NCBI GenBank assembly: GCA_965649765.1
Contig: OZ287748.1
Span: forward strand, 67,456,001-67,520,000
Direction: 5' to 3'
DNA length: 64,000 nucleotides
From: Bispira polyomma
Taxonomy: Eukaryota
Shown one piece after another: positions 1-12,609 of the stretch. Within the stretch, counting starts at the first letter, position 1. Every line of letters begins with the position of its first letter. The notes under the pieces were generated by a model. It was given only the letters and a program-made list of their open reading frames with translations, made no database searches and was not told the origin of the DNA. The translations under genes were made by a program, and so were the position numbers.

Positions 1-2569
1 TCGTAGAACAGTGATGCCTATAGATAAATTAATTTTACTGAGGACTTTGCCATTAGTTGTAATTATAACCGGGTGCATTTTTGGTTGGGAAACATATTTC
101 TAGTTGCCTATCTCGCTTGGTTATTTTCTTTAATTGTCACAAAACTACTGAACCCATTAAAAGAAAATTTGGTAGCGAAATATGGGCTCAAGAAAAAAAA
201 AAACAGTGTTTTTGGGAGAGGATCCACATAGAAGGTGATCTTTTCTTCACTTTTCATCACTTGGAGGATGTATGCACTCTACAGTCTATATCATACTTCT
301 ATTTAATATTTGACCTTTCTGTGGTTACGGGATTACCGGGTACATGCGATGCATTACTGATAAAGCATGCGCTCCCCCCTTTTTGGCATACATTGATCAA
401 TTTGTATAGCAATTAATCTAATGTGTTTCTTTTGAACATGCAGTACTTAAATATTCATTAGTTAATTATAAAAAGAACGGCTGACAGGTGTCTTCAAAAT
501 TTGACATCTGAATTTGCAGAAATTTGTTGTATTGACTGAAGCGTTTACTATAGGAGACAACCTTTCCCCAAATTTATAGCTGGCATGTGCAGTGCTGTCA
601 TACAATTGGACCTGTAAAAAGTTGATTCACTGGAGAGTCTTGCACTAAGGTGCAGCTGTGTGCCATTATCTAATCATATATACAATTGCACACGCAAATA
701 CCTGATGCAAGTCTTTTGTTGGCACCTGACCCCATTTAAACAGCTGTACAGTAATATATGTATGCAAAATAATCTAAATTTACAAATTTGGGTTGTTGCC
801 TGATTTCAATAATATCTATGTACATGTAGCTGATTCGAAGTTTTAACAACAATCGAAGCATATATTTCATTAATTACACAGGCATTGATAATGTGGGCTT
901 CAACATTAAAACCTGACAACATAGACTTTATAAAGGTGTATCAGAGTAATATGTAGTGCATGGAAGATTAAATCATATATTGAAATATCTACATGTACTA
1001 TAAAATTGAGTGTAAAAAAAAAATATGACACTTCACCCAACAACAATAAATAAAATCTATAATTATCATAATAATAATGTTCCCAAAATGATATAGGGAG
1101 ATTTTTATGATAAAAACCAAGAAAAATGTGCTAATTGAATATCTAGATATGCACTTACGGTTTGTTTCTGGTTTTGAAAAAAAAATTGCAGTTTGCAGAC
1201 CTCTATCTGTATTTCATCCAGATATTCTTATATACCTAAATTATTAAATTGTCCATACTTTTCATATTTTAGGCTTACGATTTTACCTTTTTCACACTTT
1301 GGTATGAATAATAAATAAATACAATAAATTTACTGTAAAAATTTTTCAAAGTTTTTTTTTTTTTGAACCAGTAGAATTTCTTAATTCAAATTGGTGTTAA
1401 TCTTCTGGCTATTGATCTCATTAAGTTTGTGGCCTTTATAAAGGGGTGTATGTTGTCGTTATATGGTCATATCCACTTTTTATCAAAAACAAACACATAT
1501 ACATTTGTCCTTACTAGGGTCAAGTGAAAACATTAATAAGCAAATAGAAAAACAAGAGTTGCTTTACAAAAAAAGACACAGGCGCACAGTAGAAATACAC
1601 TAACTTTGATATGACCACTATATACTCAGGCAAACCTGACACCCTGCAGTTTAAACAAGTCGCTAGCTTCCAACCAATCCATGAAGGTCTTGCATATTAT
1701 TTCTAAGATAAAGGTTCCCTTTTCAATGGCTGCACCCCTTTTCAGAATGACAAAAAAGAAATGCTATTCTACTTCCATTAATAATGACAAACACTCGTAT
1801 ATTTTGAATGAGCATTGGTACATAAGAAGAAACCTAATATATAGAACTACATGTTTACATAGAACATGTTTTACATCTTTTCATCCATTACCATAGTCAG
1901 ACAGTCATTTATAAACAAGGTCAATATCCTTGGTTGGACATTAAACCTATGGATCTTACCTTTGTGCTTCATAGAACCACTGTTTATAAAAGGGGTGTAA
2001 TTATTCTAGGGATTGGCAATAAAGGTTAATAAATAATCAATACACTATTTTTCTTTGGCATTGTACAGACTTTCGCTTGAGTTCCACAGAGCATATTAAT
2101 CTGTTAACTCAGTTCATTTTCTCAGGGATGATGGCGCATTTACAAACAACAGCAAATTGTCTCGTGTCTTAAAAGTAATTGAAGACTTTGGAAAGGTTTT
2201 TCATTTGAGTACTATTAAAAATAAAATTGATAATATGCAACATGAATTGTTTGAATAAAAAGCTATCTTTTGTTAGTCAATACTTTTATTGAACCTCTGT
2301 CCATACTGATTAATGCCACAGTCAGACAGAATGGCTTTCAGTTATCTTTACACTAGACATTTTTTTTATAAATTCTTACAAAGATATGGCATTAATGTCA
2401 TTGTTATTGACAGTAACTTTATATCAGCTACATTCATCCACAAAGAAATGCTTTTTTTCTTGAATTGATTGCTCTATTTTTTACCTTACAAAATAAATTA
2501 CAAAGTTTGATCAGAAATGTTGCTTAATGTTGTGAATCATATTGGTTGGCCGTTAAAAGTTAATAATGA

Positions 2570-2815
2570 TGCCCTTTTATCTATATTAGGACATAGGCCA
2601 CAAATCATACTTCTCCACCTGGTCTCTGTTCTCAGCCAATATCTCCAACTGTTTCCTGTCAATTCCTTGCTCTGCCACCTCTCTTTTTGTTGTATTTCTT
2701 CGGCTGTTCCTTGGTTTTTCCTCCTTTCTTTGTCCTGTGGTAGGGGTTGGTTGGAGGTGGGCTTCCACATAGCCTATCTTGTCATGTTTTGCATTGGATT
2801 TTTTAAGTGCCGTTC
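2570..2815 (-). mobile_element. Decayed 3' fragment of an RTE-like LINE
   Basis: Frameshifted minus-strand peptides (GQRKEEKPRNSRRN..., LAENRD / WRSMICGLCP) resemble the RTE ORF C-terminus GKR.RGRP...LAQDR..WR....LC. Confidence 0.6.
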
Positions 2816-3079
2816 AAACTATAACAGGAAGGAGAGGCGGTTTGGAGATATTATGGAAATTGCTTCGTAGCACTTAGTTTCCACTAAGATGAGCTTCCAT
2901 CCCAAACCCTCTACCCTCGTGCGGTATGGGGAGGGTTTGGTTACTGGTACGAAAGACTTAAGCTAAAATATTGAGAACGCCCCTAGCTGCTTCTGCTTTC
3001 TGTCATAGTGTGACCACTACCTTATGTGTCCATCTCCACCTCCTCATTTTGGGAATTACTTTTCATAGTATATTGCTCT

Positions 3080-3340
3080 GTGGCCACATTAACCCACAAA
3101 ATACTCAAGCTCATCTCAGAGACTCAATTCTCAGCTCTACAGGTATCTCCTTCTCTGATCAGACAGAAGATAATGTAATATATGACTGCATAATTGAATT
3201 CAGCGCTGAAATCTCCATTAAAATGAATGGTCCTAAGTATAGGTTATTTTCATATACAAGAGGTACACAGACAAATAGCCTTTCATTTGAGTTTGAGTCT
3301 AAGTTTTAGCTTGAAGTTTTGTGTGGAGAATACTGGTATT
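3080..3340 (+). mobile_element. MITE family A; homologous copies at 30823-31078 (-) and 58103-58330 (+)
   Basis: Shared core aattcagc...attaaaatgaatggt..aagta.ggttattt and imperfect inverted ends (ggcc..ttctcca / tggagaatac). Confidence 0.65.
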
Positions 3341-3504
3341 TGGCTTGATCTCTGCAGTATGTGCCCTTGTTCTTAGTATAAAGGGAGGCTACATAGCAAA
3401 CAAGATATCCCTGGATTAATTGGGAGGTTACATGTAAAGCAGGGTGGCCCTGAATTGGTTATAGATACATTGAACAAAGGATGGAGCTATCCAAGAATAT
3501 TGGC

Positions 3505-3572
3505 TATAAAAACCAACTGAATTGTTTGGAAGGCAGTCAGTTACTACTGAGGAAAAGACACAAAGTTAACAG
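3505..3572 (+). promoter_or_regulatory. Candidate TATA box, initiator and short non-coding first exon of the orphan gene
   Basis: TATAAAA at 3505, gcagtcagtt Inr-like sequence about 30-34 nt downstream, cag|gtagtt donor at 3572. Confidence 0.45.
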
Positions 3573-4149
3573 GTAGTTAATTGTAAGTAGAGTTTTAATA
3601 TTCATAAAGTATGTGTATCTATGGTAATGACTATTAATTCATCGCAACTAAGTGTACTGGTGAATATGTAAGTAAAATTAATATTGATGAAATATGTATA
3701 TATATCTTTAGAATTATTCATTTATCACAACCAAGTGTACAGGTAACTATATGTAAGTAGAATTATTATTTATAATATATGTAACGGTATGTTCAAAATT
3801 ATTCATTGATTTAATCAATGTTTTATTAACTTAAGTTATTTAATATAAGGAAAAATTTAATCAAAGTTGGGAAGATATTGTGGAAGATTGTTTTGTAAGT
3901 CCATGAATTATGTAAAGTCAGGTGAAAAGAACTTTTAAGGTGACATTTATAAAAACGTACAGCTGTTTAGTTGATCTTATAAGATCTTTCACTAGAATAT
4001 ATTTGTATGTTTACATCTATTTGTGGTCTATTTTGATAAAAATTTAATTACCTCTGTTGTGTATTTTAGAATAATATTGTTCATAAAATAATAATATACT
4101 AAATATTCTTTAATTTTAATACACTCAGGTAAGTTCAACTTTAAATTTA

Positions 4150-4297
4150 TGACCCCGGCAAGAAGATCAAATAAAAAACTGCTAAAAAGTATCAAATATA
4201 GTTGTTATGTGTTTTTCAAAGATGAATAACTTATTGCTCCGAGTTTAATTATCAAAATATTGTTAAATTAAACATATGATCTTCTTGTCATGGGTCA
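4150..4297. mobile_element. PIF/Harbinger-type MITE
   Basis: About 22-bp TIRs tgaccccggcaagaagatca / tgatcttcttgtcatgggtca, flanked by TTA on both sides. Confidence 0.7.
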
Positions 4298-4432
4298 TTA
4301 CCTGCTGTTTTGTTGCTTATCGTGGTCAACATTTAAAAGCAAGCCAGATATCAAAATTGCATTACTGTTAAAATTATTACAATTAATGTCCCTGTTAAAT
4401 TTAGTAACACACTGAAGAATATCCAAAGAAAA

Positions 4433-6105
4433 ATGGCGCCTCCACAACATCATGGGTTACATCATCAGCACGAGGACAGTATGGATCCAGGGAAACAGAG
4501 AATTCTGGAACACATCGACAAGGTGCATGAAGACATCAGGGAGTACTTGATGAAAGTTGCACAGGGACATGGCGAGGAGACGGCTTGGATGAGTGCATCA
4601 AGGTAAGGCTGTGGTGTGAAACAAAAATCATCGGATGAGTTTCTCTTACAACTGATGTAAGAACTAATGTATCAATAACCAATAATGCATCACCATTTAA
4701 CCAATAACTTATTAAAGTTTTAATCAATAATGTATCAGTTTTGAAAAATACAGATTAGATTAAATTATTCATGCATTATTCATAACAACCCACACATAAG
4801 CATGACAACGTCAGAGAACAGTTCACATTATTGTAAGCTGTGTTATACCATTTAATTTATATAGGTCTATGTATTCTAACTAATAAATTCATATATTTAT
4901 TGCAGATTCTTCTATGGAGATTACAACCATGTTTCTGAAGCTAAAGTCCTCACCATCTCCTGTGTGATTCTCCTGATTCTGTTGGCTGTATCTCTGGCAA
5001 CAGTGGTTATTGTAAGTGTACATTATGGTCTGGGGACGTTATGATGTCAGGTTTTTTATTTTGTCTTTTTGCTGGTAATAAAAGATGATCTAGAAAACTA
5101 TGTACATTTGGAAGGAAAGTTAGAATTGTGGTGTGTTCTTTTATTTCACATAGTACTTTTAGCGACCACAAATAGAACATGATTTATTTTGGCTAAATTT
5201 TCTTGAAAAAACAAAGACATATCAGGACATATTTTGATTTATATTAATGTAAAATTTAAAACCTTTCGTAAATACCGGCAACGAGTCTTTTGTATCATTA
5301 TGTTTTATATAAATCTAAAAAAGTACAACCTCATGATTAAGTGTTAAAAATATGACTACTACTTAAAATATATGTTAAGATAGATTATGTTGATAAGATG
5401 GTTATATTATCTATTATGACGATAGTAATCTGTACTATAGGTGTGCATTGTGAAGCGCAGAGGAGGCCATTGTAAAGGTTGCTGCAATGCTTATGATAGA
5501 CAGACAGATGAAAAAGTCCAGCCTGTGGGTATTTACCCTAACGAGGTAATGTGATACAATGCATGGCCTAATAAAATGTGATTAAAATCATGTCTACTAT
5601 ATTTTAACTTCTGAATGATAAACTTCACTTTTTTGTTTGTAATTTAAGCCATATCCTTTAAGAAAGCGATGACAAATTTCCAGAATAGAATAGATTAGGT
5701 AAATAAAAACAAAATTGATACATGTAGTTTGAAATCAAGATTTTATGAAATTTAATTGCTAATGACTAATTATTGGAGAGTAACTGAAACAAGCCTATAC
5801 CGAGGACCATATATGACCAACTTATATTTTCACACTTATGGAATCTTTTGCTTCTTAAGTCAGACATATTTAATCAAAAGACTTGTCACTAATTAAGTTA
5901 CTATTGTACCTGAAGTGTGCTGTTGTTTTATTTACAAAAGCATCCAAAAACAAAGGAAGCACTTGAATCAACCGGAACAGGAAGTAACATCACAGGAAGT
6001 GACACTACAGAGGAAGTCACGCAGTTTGGTGATTTAAGCCTTACCCCTAAAACTCCTCCACCTCTTTACAATGAGAATGTGTCTGTCACCAAATCAGATA
6101 TATAA
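4433..6105 (+). CDS. Uncharacterised 181-aa single-pass membrane protein; exons 4433-4602, 4906-5011, 5441-5545, 5941-6105
   Basis: Four GC-elevated exons with matching phases (2,0,0): AG|gtaagg, ttctaac..tgcag|, |gtaagt, tatag|, GAG|gtaatg, caaaag|. 546 bp without stops. TM segment VLTISCVILLILLAVSLATVVIVCIV followed by KRR. Confidence 0.82.
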
Positions 6106-9101
6106 AAACTACATGACATGATTTATAAATATAATGATGAACATAAGTTATGGACATACCTGCTTTGTAAAAGTTTTCTGACAATATTGGGTGCTTGTTG
6201 TTGGGTTATAAACATAATGTCTTTGACTTCTAAGTCAAGCTGAATCCTTCAATGTCTACTAACGTTTAAGCTTGATTATTTTTTTTATTTTTTTTTTTAC
6301 TTAATTTGGTTTGGAAAACAGGTGAAATAGTTATTGAAAGTTTATTTCTGTATTGAAAGTATAGTCTTCTATATTCAACTTGCCGTGACGTGTAGTTGTG
6401 TCCAGGGTTATTCAGTTTTCTGTGCTGGGAGATAGGTAGGCATATTTCTTGCGATTTTGCCTTTTATTTATTTACAATATCATTACATACAGTGATTACA
6501 TAATACTATTTTGTAAACTGTTTTAATGCAGTTATAGTTTTATTTTTGATAGCTACTTGTGATGTTTACATACCAGTAGTTATTCTGAAGACAATAAATT
6601 ATGTGCTCGTATTTAAATAACATTGCTAGCTTAAAAGATAATGAATTACACTTAAACAAAACCACAAATGCACCAAAGGTCACATTTTAAATATATTATG
6701 TAAAAATATTCTAGATGTTATACTTAACTAATGTTGTAAATGATGGGAAAATTTGTTTAAACATATTATGATAATCAAAATTCAAATTTGATATTATAAT
6801 GATGTTTATGAACCAGTTCAGAGAGTGCTTAACATAAATAAATGGTGTATATTGTGTTGTAAAAATTCTTTTATATATACAACGTATTTTGTTTAATCCT
6901 ATAGCAATTGTGTAAAGAATATTTTAACAAATCATGTCTGTAGACCCATAAGACATCCACAACATATAGTATACAAATAGAGACGTTATAACCGTATACA
7001 ACAGCTATGCTGCTATATATTATAAAAGCATGAGATATGCGAATGTTATATAACTATGTACGACAGCTGTGGGTATTTATTATAACAGCCTGAGTTATAG
7101 GGGGGAGGGGGGGAGGGGCATCGTGCTAAAATAGTGTGATTGTATATACAAATGAATGGAAAAGTGTACTGAAAAATGCTTGTCACTATGACATCAAATG
7201 GTGCATATTTCTAATATGTAAATATATAGTTTAGTTTTACCAAGTAAAATAATTGAACCAATAGCATCTTTTCAGGTTTGAAGTTTTTACCAAGTCTCTT
7301 TTTGGTTTAGTAACAAACTCTCAGATTATGGACATGTGTAATTTATCATAGAGTACTCTTACAAGTAAAATAATAATGTTTTCCACAGGATAAGGATGGA
7401 CAACGTGTTTAATTTATCATACAGTATTCTTATAAGTAACATGATCTTTCTATATATAATAAGTAGATTGATTCCATAACTGTTTAGTATTCACAAAGAT
7501 TGTTATTCTTAAATTTTGTGTTAATCAATATGATTAGTTTTTTACTGAATGTGATCTGCTGAGATCCCCTAAAGATACCTAAGAATTGTACTCTAAGAAT
7601 GTTTGTCAATACATGGATACCCTTGATCTTTGTATGCTTATTCACATAACTAAAACTGTTAAAGTTTTCATTATTGAATGGGAGACTAAAACGGTAGCCA
7701 AGTCTACTATCCAACATGTGTTAGCTAGTTACCATTTTATACAGTACATAAGGAAAATTGTATCAAACTGGAAAGTGATAAGAAGCTAGGGTGATTCACA
7801 AAGTAACAAACATAAAAAATTATAGCTATGCTTGTCCATTTTATTCATTATTTGACTTTTGTAATTCTATTTGTTCTTGTTAAATACTTGTTCATAACTG
7901 GACATACAGATAAATAGATTATGACCATAGGTTTGTACCAGTATAACTCAAACAATTTCAATTGAGGCAAAATATATATTTATCATTCTAAGGTAAGGGG
8001 AAGGGATCAAAACTCTGTGTTAGGTTTACAAATTAGGAGGTTGTGTTTGTTAATGCATTGTAATGTAAGCAGCACACATATACTAATGCACAAAATAAAA
8101 ACATGCTACTTTGATGTTAGAAAACATCTTAGAAAATCTGTGGATGTATCACATCACTACTTTTGTTTTACATGTGCTGTTTTGCAATTTTTCAAATATT
8201 TAACGATAACATTGCTTTTGTATTGTATATATGATTACTTGAACCACAAATAAAATATTAGAGTCATGGTGGTGTACTAACTAAATACATGTGTATATAC
8301 ACTTTCCCTTTATGTATGCTCACAATAAGTTTCTGCCCTCACTTTTCTTTTACAAAGAAGAGTTAATTATATAATTGGATTGTCCATATCCTATTCTCAC
8401 TCATTTGTCAATCAGAAGTTTAAAGAAAGGTAATAGCATTCCAGAAACATCTGTTTCTTCTTTCTGTTTTGCAACATGCAGAAAAAAACATGCTTCAACC
8501 TAATTTCGGCCTACACGTCATTGTAACTGGTTGTTATGGGACATTTAAGAAAACCCAGTTTTTTATGTGGCAAAATCCTTTTACCCAGATTGCATACCCC
8601 CTAAAACACCACACCATACATACTGAGCTGTAATAAATTGTAGCCCTGTAAAAGCCACATCTTTCTTCTGGTAGGTTAATGCCAGAGCTTGCGTTTTGTA
8701 CTTAATCGCTCCAGTTGCCAAGAAGTGATGTAATTTGCTGCCAAAAGAGGTGCAACATAAAATAAATATTCCCCAAGAACCATTTTTTTATCTGTTATGT
8801 TTCTCTGTTTATCTGCCTTACATTACATCACTTGGCAATATGATTTGGTTGTGACACAAGAAAGGCATATAATATTAATACAAGCAAATTCGTGAGATAT
8901 GTTTAGGATTAATTTATATATATTATTCACAGTTATTCATATTCTTTTAGCATTCAGATTCAAATCCGTACTCAGTGTATCACCCTTTTCTCGCCTGGGA
9001 TTTAGAGTGCTAGGTAACATTTTTTTTGCTGTATGCAGTTAAATTTCCTGACTACTAAAGGCTACTTAATCTATGAACTAGCAAAGTATGAGACAAATCC
9101 A

Positions 9102-9341
9102 GGGACCACGTTGGTCTAGTGGTTAGAATCTCCTGCTTGACAATCACTGTCTTCTTACACATGTGGGCTTTTAAATCCTGTTCCCTCATTCACATTATAT
9201 AGGAAACATTATCGGGTACTTGTCTTAAGTCAGTGGTTTACAGTACTGAAACATTGGTTTCTGCCATTATTAAATCTGGCCATTGTGATATGACCTAAGT
9301 TGTTAAAAGTGACGTGAAACCCAACTAAAGTTATCTAAAAT
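9102..9341 (+). mobile_element. Older tRNA-derived SINE
   Basis: A-box tggtctagtgg, tail tgttaaaagtgacgtgaaac, 15-bp TSD tatgagaYaaatcca (9087-9101 and 9342-9356). Confidence 0.75.
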
Positions 9342-9619
9342 TATGAGATAAATCCAAGCATGTTTAGCATGTATGTATATCTCCTTTAGTAAATTACTAG
9401 TATAGCCACCCAACATCAATAACTTATAATTGTCCAGTAGATGTGAGAGGCTTGAGATTGGCTATTTTATATCAATAACGTTCTTTAGGCTCTCCGTGGA
9501 CACAATGGACACAGTGACAAAGAACTGTAATTTTATTTGGTCAAGCAAAGCTAACTAGGAATCTCTGTTAGTACCTAGGATCGAACTAAGGTTCTCTGTG
9601 TTCCAAAGCTAGGGAGTTC

Positions 9620-9852
9620 TCAATGAAACAATGACATATTGTGTATTTGGGTGGTGCAAAAAGGTAACAATGACACATCATGTATTTGGTTAGTGCAAAA
9701 AGGTAACACTGACACATCATGTATTTGGTTAGCACACCATGTATTTGGTTTTGGTCAGTGCAAAAAGGTAACAATGACACTTCAGTTGTTTGATTAGTGC
9801 TAAAAGGTAACAATGACACATCATATATTTGGTTAGTGATAAAAGGTAACAA
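9620..9852 (+). repeat. 39-bp minisatellite, about 6 copies
   Basis: Unit gcaaaaaggtaacaatgacacatcatgtatttggttagt. Confidence 0.9.
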
Positions 9853-12609
9853 CGACCTTTCTGGCGGAGGAAACTAGTATAGAGTGGGTTGGTTGAGACA
9901 CCTGCACTGTATACCACCCGCTTTTACTACCAAGTTTGCCACATACACATGCTGAGTCAGATATTAAAATACACTACTATACAGATGGGAGGCAAAAGTG
10001 TTACCTGTAAACAACAGAGGGCACCTGACATATTATATTGGCACTGTGGGTATAAAGATAGAGAAGTGGTGGTGTGTATATAAATTCTGAAATAAATGTG
10101 CAATTGCCAAAGGTTGCAGACAGACGTCTGGTGGACAATATACAATTATAATTAGCTCTTGCAACTTTCTTATAATGTCCCGGTCCCACCAGGATGTTGT
10201 GTAAGAGATAACTTTGCCTATGGTTTGCATGGTGTTTGTGTGGTTTGACGTATTTTACGTGCCCATACATATCGTGGCATGGGACATGTTACACAGGAAA
10301 TTTCCAATTTTGAACGGTTCAAAATTTGGACACACAAACAATGTAGCGTGGTTCATTTGTGTATTATCCTAACGTAAATCCTGTGGGACCGGTGCATATA
10401 TCAAAATTCAATATCATATGAATATACGTAGTTTGATAAATAATGTGATCAATTTATTCACACTATTTAGATCTATTTCAATACATTTGACACTATACTT
10501 AGAATTAAACTTGCCATATTGGTATTGAATATAACAAACCCAACCCAGAAGACAGTGTGTACGTCAGTGGCCTACTATACCCATATGTCTTTATAGCTCT
10601 GTTCAAGATTTTAAACAAATTCTCAAAAGCAATTAAGGAACATTGGAAAAAAAACAAGCTTTATCAAATTTCACAAATGACGTTATTTGATTTCACAAAT
10701 GACGTTATTTAGAGTGTTTCTTTATTTTGATGACTTCTAGGAAGTACGTATCACAGCATGTTTTAGAAAGAACTCCTAATTGCATCCATATTGACAAAAA
10801 CCTGTATCACCGCTCCTTTGTAATTTCCTAAAGTTTTTTATCGAACAGAACCTCTTGGAAATTTGAAAAAAAAAAATGAGTAGGATTTACGCTCACATAG
10901 TCTCGACACCCATAGTGGCTGCCCATGAGGAAGCGCATTTGAAACGGCCCTGCATTGTATAAGTGTGATATAACAAATATTCTATTTAATTTTTAAATCT
11001 TATTTTATGTACTGTGGAAGGATGCTGTTCCACCAATGAACCTAGCGACATTACCATAAGTTAAAACAGGGACCTTCCAATCTCCAAACCCACTCCATCC
11101 AACCTTGAGTTAAACTAGGGACTTCCTAATCACCACACCAACTCCCTGACCACTTGGGTTAGCACACTTGCTGTTTCAGCATGCACTTGATATCACTTTT
11201 GTTGTGAAATGGCAGGAAGATAAACCAGGGTAACATTTTTTATTGGCCAACAAGCTGTCTCTTAGGTGAAGTTAAATTTTATGTGTCTCATCTCATAAGA
11301 CATGCTCTTCCCAAGAGACGTTTTAGGGCTTATTACAGAATAAATAATTAAATCCCTTTTATGGCATTGTAAAAAAGTTACTGCACAAACTTGACATATT
11401 ATTGCAAAAAGGCCCTCCTATAAACACGTCACAATGGTGTTTATTCCTCAAAGGTCAAGTGGAGTTTAAGTTAAGATTACGATGGCAGGAAATAAGCAAG
11501 CTATTAGTACACTGACTGCTAATTCTTACTTGGTTATGATGGTCAAGGCAGTCTGCTGGTTTTGAGTGTGATCATGTTTGATCTTTTTATCCTTATCGGT
11601 ACTATTTTTTTGCTGTAAAGCTCATATCTAACTTGTTGTGAAAACTCAAATATGTAGCTTGTATTTATATTACCAATTAATATTTGTAACTATATTCATA
11701 CAGTAATAATACACATAACGACAATATAACCTTCAGCACATTATGCCCTAGTTTAAAATAAACCAGTTCACTGCTGTGATGTGAGATACAGTTTTAATCA
11801 AATATTTTTAATCTAAAATTAAATCCTTAGATTTACACTCCTTATAACTATTTACATTTGTAAACTTTTTTTGAAATTAGGCAATGATATATAATGACAA
11901 TTATGGTTTTACAAATAAATATTTTCAAAAGAATGAAATGCACAGACGTAAACTTCAGATACTAAGAGAATTTTCAGTGGATTTTTTTGCCAGATCCCAT
12001 CAGGTCAATCAGTGCAAAACCCTCCAGTTGGGGCTAAAGGTATTTCATTTTACTAATTTGGCCGGCTTTTTATGATTATAAATAGCTGCTCTTAAAAGAC
12101 GTTGATGAGGGATACTGAAGTGTTTTTCTTTGAGATTTCACCATCTGTTGTGCAATTATGGGGAGGCATACACCTTATTAGGGCACTCTTTATCACAAGT
12201 AAAAAGTCACCAGGGTGATTTCTGTCCTGGGAAGATATTAATTGAGCAGTAAGGTTCATACTTGACTCTGTACAATATGTACATAAACCGATATATGTGT
12301 TATTGTATACCATACACATAGCTTAATTCAATGAAAACATTTCTATTGATTTTTTTTTGTGTGTTTAAACTGTAACTATGGAATGTTGTCTACCATAATT
12401 AATATAGTTGTGTATTCAAACAGCACTGGTTTCTGTTACTATGATATAAATGATTTGAAAAACATCACAGATAAAGCACGTCAAAATGGTACTTCGAAAT
12501 GGTTTGCTTGACATCCAACAGTAACCCAATATTTGCACACACTCATACATGTAGTGACACTTGGTCTTGTGACAGCTGCTTTGGAAAAAAACAACCACTC
12601 CAGTTAGTT

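Noticed and set aside
2517-2870. Hydrophobic 117-aa plus-strand ORF
   Set aside because: Antisense shadow of a decayed RTE fragment
10306-10326. Perfect 10-bp-arm palindromes (also 53295-53317)
   Set aside because: AT-rich and short; expected by chance or within old transposon debris
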